From Octopus bimaculoides (Eukaryota): 64,000 nucleotides of DNA. The position numbers and the translations under genes were made by a program. Position 1 is the stretch's first letter; each line of letters begins with the position of its first letter. The notes below the pieces were generated by a model. That model saw only the letters and a program-made list of their open reading frames with translations, did no database searches and was not told where the DNA came from. The stretch is from contig NC_068982.1 of NCBI RefSeq assembly GCF_001194135.2, positions 51,756,964 to 51,820,963 on the forward strand. The letters are read 5' to 3'. This document shows, piece after piece, positions 27,301 through 42,300 of the stretch.

Positions 27301-30300
27301 CTTGAATTAAAGAGTAACTATTTCATAAACATATGAATGCAAAAATTTGGAGATTTACTTTCAAAAGAAATTCGACTTACCAAGTACATCAGCAGTAGCT
27401 TGAATATCACATTTGTACATAGCAACCATTAAACGCATTGACTGAGTTAAGAATACCTTTCTACAACCATCTTTTATAGTCGACATTAACTGCCCTGAAA
27501 ATGGGCCATATGCAACCTCATTAGTGTATGTTAGGTCTTGTTTTCTCTCCTCTGATGCACCATTTGTATCACCTATACAACATGATGATGTACCATTAAG
27601 ACTGTCCAAGTAATCCCACTGTTCAATAATAAAACAGACACCATGCATTGGTTCTTCACAAAGAGGGCCCGACAAAGTAGCCATTTGAAAACCACTGATA
27701 ATGCTATCATCATAACTACGCAGAATGCCAGTGGTATCATCTGTAATGTTCCATAACGAAGGTCTTTGGTAATTAGGGATTTTATTCACGAGTACATTTG
27801 GTCCAACATGCCGAGGCCCAAAGGACCATATATGATCAGTGAACCCCTGCCATTCTTTACCTGCTTGTGAAAAAGCATCATTTAACTGTTTCTTTAGATT
27901 TCGGACACCTTCATCCATAACATGATTTATTTCAGTACAATTTAATTGGCCTCCTTTAGAAGTTCGGATTTTTATTTGAACCTGGAAATATTTTAAGACC
28001 TCTGTACTTTTTTCCAAAATGTTTGTGACTTCTTCTGGGAGAGGTTTTGCACTGAGGTGAATTGTGCATTTTCGATTTGGTGTTTGTATTTCAATAAGAC
28101 CGGGTCTAATCTCCTCTATATCATTCTCTATATTCTTCATACGTAAACATTTTGTATCAGTCATTTGAACAATAGCTTCATTGACCATATCAGTTTTTGG
28201 AGGAGTAATTATTGTTTCACGGAATGGCACAATCGGTGAGGAAGCAATGATCTGTACGTTAGCATACCTGCAATGAAAAAAAAAAAAAAAAAAAAAAGTT
28301 TGAAACTGTTTTTGATCAATTTTCCATAATTTCTGTAATAAAGGCAAGAAGCCATATATACAAAGTCTAGTAATTACCTATCTGTTAAATCTTCAAGGCA
28401 ACGCTGTAAATGAACTTCTCCTGCTGCAACAATAACATGCTCACCAGTTTCTTGGACAAGGACTTCTACACAGGGATCAGCTTGATTTAACAAACGAAGT
28501 CCTTTCACCAAATTAGGCATATCACCTAACAACAAAAAAGTTACATTTCATATAAAGATTTTTGTAACATAAGACTCAAGCACATTCAAAACAATACTGA
28601 TTTCAAATTTTGGCACAAGTCCTGCAATACCAAGGGAAGGAGTAAGTTGATCACATTGATCCCAGTACTCAACTGGTACTTAATTTATCGTTCCTGAAAG
28701 GATGAAAGACAAAGTAGACCATGACAGAATTTGAACTCAGAGCGTAAAAATGCTAAGCATTTTGCCTGGCATGCTAATGATTCAGCAAGCTCACTGCCTT
28801 TAACTTTAAAATAATACTGAAAAAAAATAAAATAGACTTACAGATATTTTGTGGCTCAATAGCAACACGTACAATGGGAGCAGCCTCGAAGTGCATGTCA
28901 GTGAAAGCAGGACATGCTATGGTTTCACATAACGTTGCTGTCTTCAGAACATATTCTTCTAAACTTCCAATTCCTGCAAATTTAACCAATACCACAAAAG
29001 TAAAAAAACATGTTGTTTAATAACCTTACATATTAAATCTCAGATTGAGGAAATTAAGTAACAACATAGGAGAAATTCCTTAGATAACTCTTATTCATAC
29101 AGTAACTTCAACTACATACCTAACTTGAAAATAATACATCACTACCACCGAAATAAATTCATTATCGTAGTATTTATTCTATTGGTCTCTTTTGCTGAAC
29201 CAGTAGATTATGGTAAACTATCTAAACTCACCAAGAACATTTCCTGCAGGTACTTCATCCATAATTTCCAGCTCTCTTCCCATGAATAAATATAAATCTT
29301 GTACTGTGAATGACATGATGTGTTGACTACTTGAAAGTTCATTAACAGTAAGGTCAGAATTTTCAAGTAAAGTTGATTGTTCATTCTGTATGGAAATAGA
29401 AAATTCATAATGAAAATGAGGAGAAAGCAAAAGCAATAAACTACAATAACAAATTAAACAAACAATTCAGATAACAGTATTATAAATTATTTACTTTAAA
29501 CAAAAGAACAGCAATTCTACATGGTAGTGACACATGGGCCCTGAATGCAGAGGACATGCAAGGCTAGTATGTTCCCCTGGATTTGCAATATAAGCGTGCA
29601 TGTATGACAGAGCACTGATGTGCTGAGAGAAAAGTTAGGCATGAGAGGAATTAGATGCAGTGTGCAAGAGAAAAGACTGCAGTGGTTTGGTCAAGTGATG
29701 CACCATAAAGAAGTGCCGATTATTCAAAATGGAAGAGGGAGTCTCAAGAAGGCCTGGGACAAAGTACGACCTCAGGACACAAACATATGAAGGACCAAGA
29801 TATCTGGCACCTTATTGTACTCAAGAAGACCCATCCTCCACAGCAGAAGTGTTAGGGCTGCTCCCACTGCTGAAGAGGATTGGCCTGCAAGAGCTCTGTG
29901 CCAGAGCCATGTTAAATGCATCCAGTACACTCTGTAAAGTGGTTGGCATTAGGAAAGACAACTAGCCACAGAAACCAAGCCAAATCACGCTGGAACCTGG
30001 TGCAGCTTACCTGCTTGCCAGCTCTGGTCAAACCATCCAATCCATGCCAGCACAGAAAATGAACGTTAAAGGATGATGATGATGGTGAATAATTTTAACA
30101 TCCACTTTTCAATGCTTGCATGGGTCAGATGGAACTGATGCTGGAAGAAAAGGCTTAATAGATTACACTGACCCTATCACTTGACTGGTACTTAATTGAA
30201 CTTGGTGGGATTTCAGTTCAGAATGTAAAACACTAGAACATATACTGAAAGGCATTTTCTCAGACAAACAAATGATTCTGCCAACCCAACACCTTTGTTC

Positions 30301-33300
30301 ACTGTATTTATAACAACATTCATTACAACTAAACCAAAACTGTATAAACACTAAGTAGTAATTAGTGTCACAATGGAAATCTAATTAAATCTAAGTAGAA
30401 TGCTAGATTAAACTTGATAATTAATGTGTAAAGTGACTGACTGCTTACAAGATCAGTTTACATTTTTGCCTCCTGTGGTTGGAAAATTAACAATCAGTAC
30501 CATTTGCATGAAACAAATTGAAGACCTGAAGTTGTAGCGCCTTGATCTCAGTGCCATGGGTTTGGAAAGTGTGGAATAACATCACCACCAGAGTCCATCA
30601 TCTGACTAACCCAGTCTGGTTGCCAGACTTTCTATATGGATAGCATACAAAAATCCAACATGTACGTTACAACTGGCTTATATACAATTGATTTACAACT
30701 ACAGAATCCTCAGTTTCTTAACATTCTATGTAATTTGTTTAGAACACAAAATATACTTATAGCTAATTCATTTATGTAATTACCAAAGAGCTGACTTTTA
30801 ATATAGACAGTAATCTATTGATGATTACAGAACTCAGAACCACACCCCAAGTCGAGATCTCACTTGAATCAAGGAAATAAGATTGAATAACATAATGAAG
30901 TCAGATGTGGTTGTATGGTAAGTTTGCTTTCCAACCACATGGTTCCAGGAAAGTGTCTTCTATTAGAGCCTTACACCAACCAAATCCTTCTGAGTGCATT
31001 CAGTAAATGGAAATTGAAAGAAGCTCATCATATATATATGTGTATGTGTGCCACTGTCTCCTTGCCTTGATACTGGAAACTAAAAGAAGCCTCTGTGTGT
31101 GTGCGTGCACGCATGCATACATGCACATGCTTGTATGTGTTTGTTTACATCTGCACGTCTCTGGAAATCAGCAAGCTAGAAACAGTGATTTACCAACAAC
31201 TTATCTTGGCTGACTACATGAGATCATTTGGAAAACAGATAAGGGCAACAATACATTCATCTAACCCTTGCTAACATGCTTAAAACTGGGCATAAAAAAT
31301 AAGCAGAACAAAAATTCAAATTACCCCAAGGACTTCCAGAGAGCCCAAACAGACTACCCTCAATAATAATCATTTAAAAAAAAAAAAGTTAAGTAAAAAG
31401 ATTATGCAATTTTGATTTGATAAAAAGAAAAAGAAAAACTTACTTGAAGAGCTTTTTCTGGGTCATGCTTTGGTCCAAGAACAAACACTTTACATCCTTT
31501 TCTCACTGTACCACTAAATATACGTGCAAAGGCAATAAATACATGCTCGGATTGAGGTTCTACGGCCCCATTTAAATCAGTGTCATTATTAACAGGATCA
31601 CCAGCTAAAACAAATAAATAAATAAATAAATAAAATACAGAAATGACATAAAAATATGGACATTATAATATTCTGATGCAAGCATGCTGAGAACTTTGCT
31701 TTCCAACTACGTGATCCTGGGTCCAGGCTGACCAAAGTCTGTGAGTGGATCTGGTAAACAGAAACTGAAAGAAGCCTGTTGTATATGTGCAGGAATGTTG
31801 TTCACTGTGACTTTGAAGTCACTGTCAACAACATTCTTGTATAAGAAAAATAAATCCATACTCTACAAAAGTATAGAGCACTCTTGTATATGAAAAATAA
31901 ATTCACTCTACAAAAGTATACAATAACCTATCAGACAAACGTAAAATTGTCTTTATTATAACTGAACATAAAAACAAACTATATATATATGCATATGTCT
32001 ATGTGTCTTTCTGTTTGTCTCCCACAAGTTTGACAACTAGTGTTGGTTATGTCCCCATAACATCCAAGTTCAGCAAAAGAGACAGATAGAATAAGCACTA
32101 GGTCTTAAGAACTAAAACCTTTCAAGGCAGTGCCTCAGTATGGCTACAAATGATTCAAATAAGTAATAGATGACAGAACCACAAGGTTTCAGGTTCAGTC
32201 CCACTACTTGACACTTTGGGCAAGTGCCTTCTACTAAAGACCATACACAAACAAAGCTTTGTGAATAGATATGGTAGATGTAAACTGGAAGATATCCATC
32301 TTGTGTGAGTGTGTGTGTACACATGTTATTGACTGTGTCTTTGCCTTAATATCACATGATAATTGTAAATATGAGGGTGAGTCAAAAAGTAATGCCATTT
32401 TGTTTAGGACAGGTATAATTACCAACACAGGAACATGTATCATACATCAAAATGAAGCTGGTCTTCTGTGGATTACATCCCTACTTCTCAAAATAGTCAC
32501 CTTCAAATGAGAACATGTATCTCAGCCCTGTAAAATTCTGTTGACTGTTCTTTGATTCACTTCTTCACTACAGTTTTCACTTCCTCGTCACTGAACTATC
32601 ATCTCTTCGGCCCCATGAAAGAGGGTTTGAGAGGCAAACATTATTCCAGTGATGAGGAAGTGAAAACTATTGTGAAGAAATGGCTCAAAGAACAGTCAAC
32701 AGAATTTTACGGGGCAGGGATACATGCTCTCATTTGAAGGTGGAACATTGCTTTTGAGAGAAACGGTGACTGTGTTGAGAAGTAGGGATGTGATCCACAG
32801 AGGACCAGCTTCATTTTGATGTATGATACAAGTTCCTGTGTTGGTAATTATACCTGTCCTAAGCAAAATGGCATTACTTTTTGACTCAACCTCGTAAGTA
32901 CTCTGCCATGCAAGCCATGTCCTTCATTTCCAAACATCCATGAAAACACATCTAATCACAGGNNNNNNNNNNNNNNNNNNNNNNNNNNNNNNNNNNNNNN
33001 NNNNNNNNNNNNNNNNNNNNNNNNNNNNNNNNNNNNNNNNNNNNNNNNNNNNNNNNNNNNNNNNNNNTTTTATTGCCCCCAAAAGGATAAAAGGCAAAGT
33101 CGACTGTAGCAGAATTTGAACCCAGAATGTGAAGACAGACGAAATGCCACTAAGCATTTTGCCCAGTGTGCTAACGATTCTGCCAGCTCGCCACCATAAT
33201 CACAGGGTAATATTATCTTACGAGGAAAAATGATGATGACAGGAAGAAAATCCGGCTCACCAAATTCCATCCAACCCATGCAAGCATGTAAAAGATGTTA

Positions 33301-36300
33301 AAATGATGACGACGATGTTTTTCTCTTACTTCCAATGCTCACTTTTCTAAAATTGAACATAAATTTTAACTGCAATGTGAAATTGACCCAATAAAGTATG
33401 TAATGGATTAAACTGAAGTTTCTTTAAAATAAAATAAATGCTATCAGACTGACTTACATAAATTTTCTTTGGATTTTTGCTTGTCTTCTGCATTCTCAGT
33501 ATTTTCTGTAGCTTTTGCAGCTAACCTTTCTGCCCTCTTTTGTAAAGCAATTCTTCTTTTCTCTTGCAAATCAGCTTCAGTCAAAGGCCTGAAAAATATA
33601 CAGAAAATGTCAGAGTCAACATATTCAAACTGTACCAGTAAATATATTGTAGGAGTAAAAAAATTAGAAAAAAAACAAACGGTGGGGCGGCTCATTTTTT
33701 TTTCCTCACAATTAAAAATAGGCAGATATTGCCACTATCACTGACATTTAGTGTATTTTCACATATTTGTATGTGGGACTTAATGGGGAGAAAAGGTAGA
33801 AGTGTTACTTTATTCCAAAGAATTAAGGAGGAATTGCAGAACTAGTAAGTAACCAAATTGATATTCTTATGATCCCTTACATTTCATACCCTCTTGAGTT
33901 GATAAAATAAGCTATCAGTAATGTACCAGAGAAGATACAAATGACTACAATCCTTTGTAACAAATAAGTGAGCTTGTGCCAAAGTAACTTTATTCTAAAT
34001 GCTTTTCTATAAGTCTTAGATTATCTCATGTAGGTTTATTCTAAATGGTTTTCTATTCATGTATTGTAATTCTCCTCAGCTCATGTTACGGATATGCTCC
34101 AAATATTACAAGCATTTTCATTTACAGAACATTTAATATAGTGAAATTGACACAAATATTTTCAGATTCCAAAAACATAAGTACCTTGCTTTATGCTGAG
34201 GAAGTGATTTTCTTTCAATTGCTACCATCTTTGAAACAAATATAATTACAGGAGCATCTTCTGATGAACTGCAAGCCAGAAAATCTAATAAATATGGAAC
34301 AGAGTAAAATACTTAAGAAAATATTACAAACACAAAGAGACAAGAGTTAACTCATACAGAAAAAGAAGAAAAAAAAATGACAACAGTGCACTCTCACAAT
34401 GGATCCAATAAGAAACAATATTATTTTGTTAAGGAATAATTATTCTTCTATTCTAATGTGTTGTTTCAGAACTTGTTCTGTGCTTGCCAATTAACAAGGA
34501 AATGCCAGTGAAACCATCATCATCATTTAACATCTGCTTTCCATGCTGTCAAAGGTTGAACAGTTTGACAGGAACTGGCAAGCTGAAGAGCTGCCCGTGT
34601 CTGTTTTGGCATGGTTTCCATGGCTGGATGCCCTTCCTAACACCAACCACTTTAGAGTGTACTGGGTGCTTTTACACAGCCCTGGCATGGCTGCATTTTA
34701 TGTGGCACCAGCACCCATGAGCCCTCAAAAGCAATCAACCATCAAAAGTATGGTTTTACTTGAAATAAATTCAAGAAGCCCACATTGCAAGAGCCAAAGC
34801 AATATCTGAACCACACAGTCGTTTTTCGAGAAAAATTTCAATACCTTTTATTCGTTTCCCATTTTATATCAGATTTTGACCAATGTTACTGAAGTGTGTA
34901 TTTTCTATCACTCTAAGTTCCATTACTTTTATAATAAAGTTGTTATAGCTCAGAGGAAGAACAGAAGAATTTCAATATCTTCAAAGAAGATGAATTTTGA
35001 AAGACCTCTAGACTATTCATAATGTTTGTAAGGCACTACATAATACCAAAACCAAAAGCTTTGGCACCATCTAGTGCCTTGAACAACTAAAGATAATTGT
35101 GATGATTTATTCAATGGCAGAGCTAAAAGTCTCTCTGCTTATGCCATGAATGGATGACAAACTCGACTGTACAGAATATATGGGTAATTAATAAAAGAAA
35201 GACACCAAGTAGACAATTTCCTGACAAGGCAGGTGAGAATAACAGAAGAGTTAAGTAACATTCCATGATTCCTTATTTAGAAAAAGAACAATTAAATGAA
35301 ACAAGAAAGAATGATGATAAAATCTCATACCATTTCTTAAATCTTGGCTCTTCTGTGGAAGTGATTCAAAACTACGCGAGTTGCTGGACATGAGTTTCTC
35401 AATGCGAGCTTTTGACATATTTGTTGGAGCAGGGATTTTCTTGGCTACAATTGCTACAAAAAGAAAATATAAACATCAACACATTAAAAAAAGGTTCCAT
35501 GTTAAAAATATATTTCATTTTTGGTTTGTTTGTTTTTGTACATGCTATTTCTCAAAGCAATATTTATAGACTTTATATGAGATAGAGAAAGTCTGTTCTG
35601 TTGCATGGTAAGACTACTAAAGTAAAAGTATAACAAATAATGTTTGAAGTCATACAAAAAGAAATTTTTAATGTAGTAATAATAGCTATGATGATAATCT
35701 TATTAACTAGTGTCTACTAAATTATGGAGCTGCAGAGAGAATTGTATAGCAATTAACAGTATACAAAACTAGTTCAGGCACTTGAATTTACATAAATTAG
35801 TAAAATTTAGGAGAAATTATCAATTGACAATGTGCTGCTGCCTCGTTAAAAGTACTGGTACAAGTATCACATCAAAAAATAACCAGTACATTCTGTGGAG
35901 TGGTTGGAGCTAGGAAGGGCATCCAGCTGTAGAACCCATGCCAAAACAAACAACAGAGTCTAGTGTAGCCCCTGGCCTTGCCAGCTCTGGTCAAACCATC
36001 CAACCAGCATGGAAAACAGATATTAAACAATGATGATGATGATGATAAAAAGTAATCTATCACAAGAAATAAGAAGCTAGCATCAAATATATCTTTCCTT
36101 TTCATTACAGTAGCAATATTCTGTTGCAATATAAGATGTTATTTCATTTTGGAACCAAGTATCAAGAAAATAGAATGGCATCTTGCAACATAGTAATTGT
36201 CTGTCTGGTTAATGTATCATTTGTTATATATCTAAATGATGATGCATGTTGAACCGATTGGACCTTTACATTTCCATCCCTGTTAATACTATTGTTACTA

Positions 36301-39300
36301 CAAAACTTGCACTAAGAGTAAGGTCAAAGTAAAATTACTACCAGCTTTTATAGCAAGTTGATGCAGGTAGTTTATCCTGTCACTCTCCAACTTTTAGTTC
36401 ATGCAATTGAAAAAATGGCATTATTTATGGGACGACTCAATATTTATAAAATGATAATCTTGTTATTCTGTTTATATAAAGCAACTTTAGAAGTACAGTA
36501 ATTTATAGAAATTTCATTTTGAAATCTATTTATTTTTTGTTATTTTGCTGTCTGAATCCAAGAAGGCAAAACCCATAACACTGAAATAGTTACAGGAGCA
36601 ACATATAACAGATTCAAAAAGAGGTAAAGAATAAAGTGATTAAGAGCTTACAAAGAACTGCATTTGAAAGAGGGAGCCATTGACTGCAAATAGCTTGTAA
36701 ATGAACTTTAGGATCAGACCGAGAGTCTCTTGCAGAAATTTTCAGATTTAATGAATTTACAATCTTTGCAATCATTTCTTTGTCTCTGAAGAGAAAAAAT
36801 AGATAGAATATACTTCATTATTTAATTGAATGCCTGAAGATAAAAAAAAAANNNNNNNNNNNNNNNNNNNNNNNNNNNNNNNNNNNNNNNNNNNNNNNNN
36901 NNNNNNNNNNNNNNNNNNNNNNNNNNNNNNNNNNNNNNNNNNNNNNNNNNNNNNNNNNNNNNNNNNNNNNNNNNNNNNNNNNNNNATTCTTGTATCATAT
37001 AGCTCAATGATAATAATGGTAGACGAAACTTAGAAAATGTGTTAAACTTCAAGAAAGAAGACACTTGAATATGAAAATCTTTTCTCTTTTAGGAATATGG
37101 AATTTTATTTAAGAAACACTTAAACATTTGTACATTATTTTGTTCATGCTAACAGCTGCATAAAAAGCACCAAGTACACACTGTAAGGTGGTTGGCATAA
37201 GGAAGGCCATCCAGCCATAGAAACCATGCTAAAGCAGATATTAGAGCCTGTTCCAGTTTTTTGGTTTGCCAGCTCCTGTCAAACCATCCAACCCTTGCCA
37301 GCATGGAAAATAGATGTTAAATGATGATGAGTTACGCATCTCTGAAAATTTGCACAAAGTGTGAATTAGTGCAGGATATTTTATCTAATATTGATTTCAA
37401 ATTCTGGCACAAGGCCAACAATTTTGGGAAAGAAGTAAATCAATTACATTGACTCCAGTGTTGAACTGGTACTTATTTTTACGACCCCCTAAAGGATGAA
37501 ATGCAAAGTTGACATCAGTGGAATTTGAACTCAGAAAGTAAAGATAAACGAAAGCATTTTGCCTGGTATGCTAACAATTCTGCCAGCTTGCCTATGTTAC
37601 TTTATCTAATATTAATTACAATGAAGTGAATACGATATATACATACTTCAATATAATGACATATAAGTAGAATATAAAAATTAAAAGCAGGAGTGGCTGT
37701 GTGGTAAGTAGCTTGCTTACCAACCACATGGTTCCGGGTTCAGTCCCACTGCGTGGCACTTTGGGCAAGTGTCTTCTACTATAGCCTCGGGCCAACCAAA
37801 GCCTTCTGAGTGGATTTGGTAGACGGAAACTGAAAGAAGACCGTCGTATATATATATGTATGTGTGTGTGTTTATGTGTCTGCGTTTGTTCCCCCAACAT
37901 CGCTTGACAACCGATACTGGTGAGTTTACATCCCCGTAACTTAGCGGTTCGGCAAAAGAGACCGATAGAATAAGTACTACTAGGCTTACAAAGAATAAGT
38001 CCTGGAGTCGATTTGCTCAACTAAAGGCGGTGCTCCAGCATGGCCACAGTCACATGACTGAAACAAGTAAAAGAGAGAGCAATAGCAAACTGTTAACTAA
38101 ACCACATTCATTAGCACGAGTTGATAATATTACCCTCCACCCAAGCTGCTCTAAACATATCACTTGTGAAAGTTCACTGAAACACTTTCATTGTCAGAGT
38201 AATTGTAAATGCTTCACTAAGCATGAAAAATATTATGCGATTTATTAACAGGTAAAACTTACTTTTTAATCATTACAGCTTGATACACAGCCCAGATGTT
38301 GTCGAGGACAAACTGAACAAATAAGGGTTTTTTATTTTTAGCCTGAAGAAAAAAAAAACGCATTTTTATAAATTTTTACCAAACCAACAACTCTTTCATA
38401 TAGAATCATATATAAAAAGAAAAAAAAAAGCCAAAATAGGAATCTATGATATTAAAACTTTGCTTAAGATATCAAAGCAACTAACGTTCACCTTTGTCCT
38501 TCACACTAACCTCTTGTTTTCGATCGAGATTTTATCCCAATTACCACATACATACACTCATAACATCAATTCCCATTCTCCTCCAACTACATGAGCGGAT
38601 GCTGAAAAGTTCCTGGCATCGGATAAAAGAAAATACAGGAGAATCAGTTAATTATGATTTTTTATACGACATAGTCCTGTCTCAGATTCACACACTTTAT
38701 CGCAGCAGTCCTTCAGGTTTTCTAAGTCTTGTAAAAGAACTCAGAAGATTGGGCCTTCAAGCAGGTCTTTCACAATACCCTTAAAGCCAGGAATTTTTCA
38801 GCACCCCTTCATAAATATTAATAGTTAACAAATATGCACTATATCTTCTAGTGTTAAAAACATATTGTTTTGAATTAATAATACATTATCTCATAGCTTC
38901 AAGATTTAGATGTGATTGTATGTTTTTAGAATGACATAGCAGGATAGGTGAGAGAGACTGGATCTGGCCAGTTGGAACATAAAACAAGGTAGATTATTTG
39001 GACCAGATACAGCCAGTTTAAATGCTGAACAACAATCACTTTCCATTGTTCTCATTCAATAAGCATCCCAAGTAGACATTGAAATCCCACCATTCCAATT
39101 TTGGATAAAAATACTTATAAGAATAAAAAAGGATAGAAGGAATGAATAAAAAGAAAACACTCACTTGTGCGCCTTTCATTATTCTTTTGGCTTTTGAATT
39201 AAGATAATAGTTTCCCCACAGTGTCTTGTTTAGAGCTGCAGCACTGATACCTAGCTTCTCTGAATACATATTAACAAAGTGACTGATGCTAGAGAAAAGA

Positions 39301-42300
39301 GACAAAAAAATAATCATAATAAATTTAACAGCCATACATATTTATATGCAGATACTTCGTATTGGGTTGTTGAATTAGCTATCAAGAAATAAAAATTAAC
39401 TAATATTCTTTGGGAATGTTACTAACACGGAGTAAAATATGAAATTTAATAATAAAAAATATTTTGATGTCTTTTTTCAATGAGAGAGATAGTAAGAAAC
39501 TCTAAGGAGAGCTGAACAGCAGAATTCTTCAGAGAAGAAGTCCCCCACCCTCATGCAAGTGTTTCAGCCTTTAACACTTTAAAGGGACTGGGCTGCATCC
39601 AGATCATGGCTCCTGGAAACCACTCAGCTGCAACCTTCTGTGCCACAGTCTGCATTGCAACCGTACTAGGTGGTTAAAGTACCCCACAAACAAGGTACCT
39701 TGGGTGTTGTAACGAGTTCAGTCAAAGACACAAGTTGAGTGTAGGGTAAATCATACTTTTTGAAATTCTATGAGTGAATGTTGAGAAAACTTACCTGAAA
39801 CCCCAGCCATCCAAGGCACTAGCAAATATCACATTGCCTTGGTCTGGGGAAAAGTAGATGTTGGAGTCATCACCTTCCTCCTCTAATACCATGTTCAAGT
39901 CAGCTGACCAACTCTATAATGTATATAATGTATTCAAAAATAAAAAGAGAAATATGCGACAACCAAGTAGTTTTTGCAGTCAAATGAAAATTGCCATTGC
40001 TGCAGCTAACATTGTTTTAAATCAGCTTAAGGATAAAATGCTCAATTTAATTTCTTCCATCTCTTTATGTTCTGAGTTCAAATCCCACCGAGGTTAACAT
40101 TGCCTTTCATCCTTATGGGGTTGATAAAATTAAATACCAGAGAAGTACTAAGGTCAGTGATATTGACTACCGCCGCCCCTACAATTCTACCTCTGTGCCA
40201 AAAATTGAAACCATTATTTTACATCTACTTTTTATGCTGGTTTAGGTTGGATAGGTCATCACAATCCAAGTAAATTCATATTTGGAGTCACTAACCTCTT
40301 AAATGGGTCAGAGGACCTCATGTCATTTGTACAATATCATTTTTGGTTTAGTTTCAACCCCATTCTTAGAGGCACTACTTTACTGAAGCATTGGGTACAT
40401 TTTATCATTGTACCAGCACTAAAGAGGTTGCCATGTTCTCAGCAACACTAAAAGGGTCCACTTGGCTAAGTTATCTCAGCTTGTTCACTAACCACTTTAC
40501 AGAGTAGTTAGATCAATGGTTAGAAACCATTAAAATTAGTATTACCTTGATACAATTTTAGGCCTTTCATCTGTAAAACTTAGATTTCTAAAAATAATAC
40601 AAGCTGTTACACTGTAGTAGAATGTTGACTAAATGTTTTGTGGTGTCTAATACCTCCTCTTACACCAAGTTCAAATCCTGCTAAGACTGATTTATTTTCC
40701 CTCCACCTGAATCTCTATTTAATTAAGTATTAATAATAAATTGAGTTGACTATAGCACTCACATAGATTTCATACCATTATTGGTTCCAGTCACTGGACT
40801 GTGACCATGCTGGCAATGCTTGATTGCATCAGACTCAGTACTAATCTTATCAGCCATGGAAGGATAAAAGGTAAATAGGTCTAGGTGGAATTTCAACTCA
40901 GAAAGTAAAAACATAATCATGCACTTCAAGGTATTTTATCCAACACTTACTTTTTCTGCCAACTAACCATCATATATCCTTTACTTTTAGTTTATGTATT
41001 TCTTTGGCTTCATTTAAATATTTGAAATACTTTCCCCCTTATTTGCAGATATACTTCAACCCTACACCTAAAAATGGAAAATTTTGAAAGTATTATATTT
41101 ACCTCCAAGTCTTCACTTGCATTAGGTGGCATCTACAAAATTTTAAAATATGGTAGAAGTTATTTTCTCTTTCTTGTTTTCAGAAAATTTCCCTAACTTT
41201 TATTTAAAGCCAATCCATTAAAAAAAAAGTTAATATTTATGACATTATTGGGAAGCTGTGAGACGTCTAGATCAAGCCAGTTTGTAAAACAGTTTGGGCT
41301 AGATATGGCTGGTTTAAATGCTAAAGGGTTAAATAAAAGGAGTCCTTAGTAGTGAAAAGATTGGAAACCAACGAATTACAGTTATTCTGTTCAAGAAAAA
41401 CAGATCAATACTCTGTAATTAATTTAGTTATTGAAGCTTCATTAATAATTTCAGCTCTGTGTAAGCCAAACATATAGAATTTGAACAGCATTACAAGTTA
41501 AAGAAATTCACATTTACTAATACTAAAAGCACATGCTGTTGATGATTAACCCTAATTAGCTACAATTAGGTAGATTAATCTGGGATTCACACTCAACATG
41601 CAGCATATACTCTAATCTGCAATTGGAGTGTGTCATGGATACTTATAGATATTTTACCTGCAGTAATAACAGAAGGCTATGTTATATTGCAGGGGGATGG
41701 TAACATTTGCATAATGATTTCATTAAAGCATCAATGGCTGATATCTAGTAACCAATTTAGAAAATTTCAGAGGTATACTTGCCAAGCAAGTTATTTGATC
41801 TGAGATCGTGAGTCAAAACTATTTTGAAAACATTTTCTAAAATATTCAAACAAATGATATTTCATATAAGTATATATCAAAAAATAAACTGAACTAATAT
41901 AAATATATTGAAGACAATCTTAAATGCTAATTTCAAAATTAAAACACATTCTTAAAGTTTATAAAAATTACTTGCATTGGAACTTTTCTCCATCCATTCA
42001 GAAGTAAACAATTCACTGGTTAAAACATTGATCTAGATAAAAAAAATAATAAGTTTCTTTAGAAGCAAAACCAAGAACAGAAATTTTCTAAATTGTTAAT
42101 TGTATTCCCATAAATAATTTTTGGATATTTTCAATTCCAAACAGTAATTACGCCTGTAGAGTGAATAACCGTCATGTCCCGTACGTGTCTTGTAGAATTT
42201 CCCTGGGGAACCGTTTGATGCAAAGAAAAACGATTGGGTTATTTCCCTTGGCTACGAAAATGAACGGGTTATTCCCCTTGGTTGTTAAAGGAATATATAT

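Noticed and set aside
37688-37760. tRNA gene (A-box and B-box-like motifs), also at other SINE heads
   Set aside because: No cloverleaf or anticodon arm; it continues into a multi-copy SINE body.
41968-41972. Canonical GT donor for EFL1 exon 6 as the main isoform
   Set aside because: It gives phase 1 and an immediate stop in both downstream exons.
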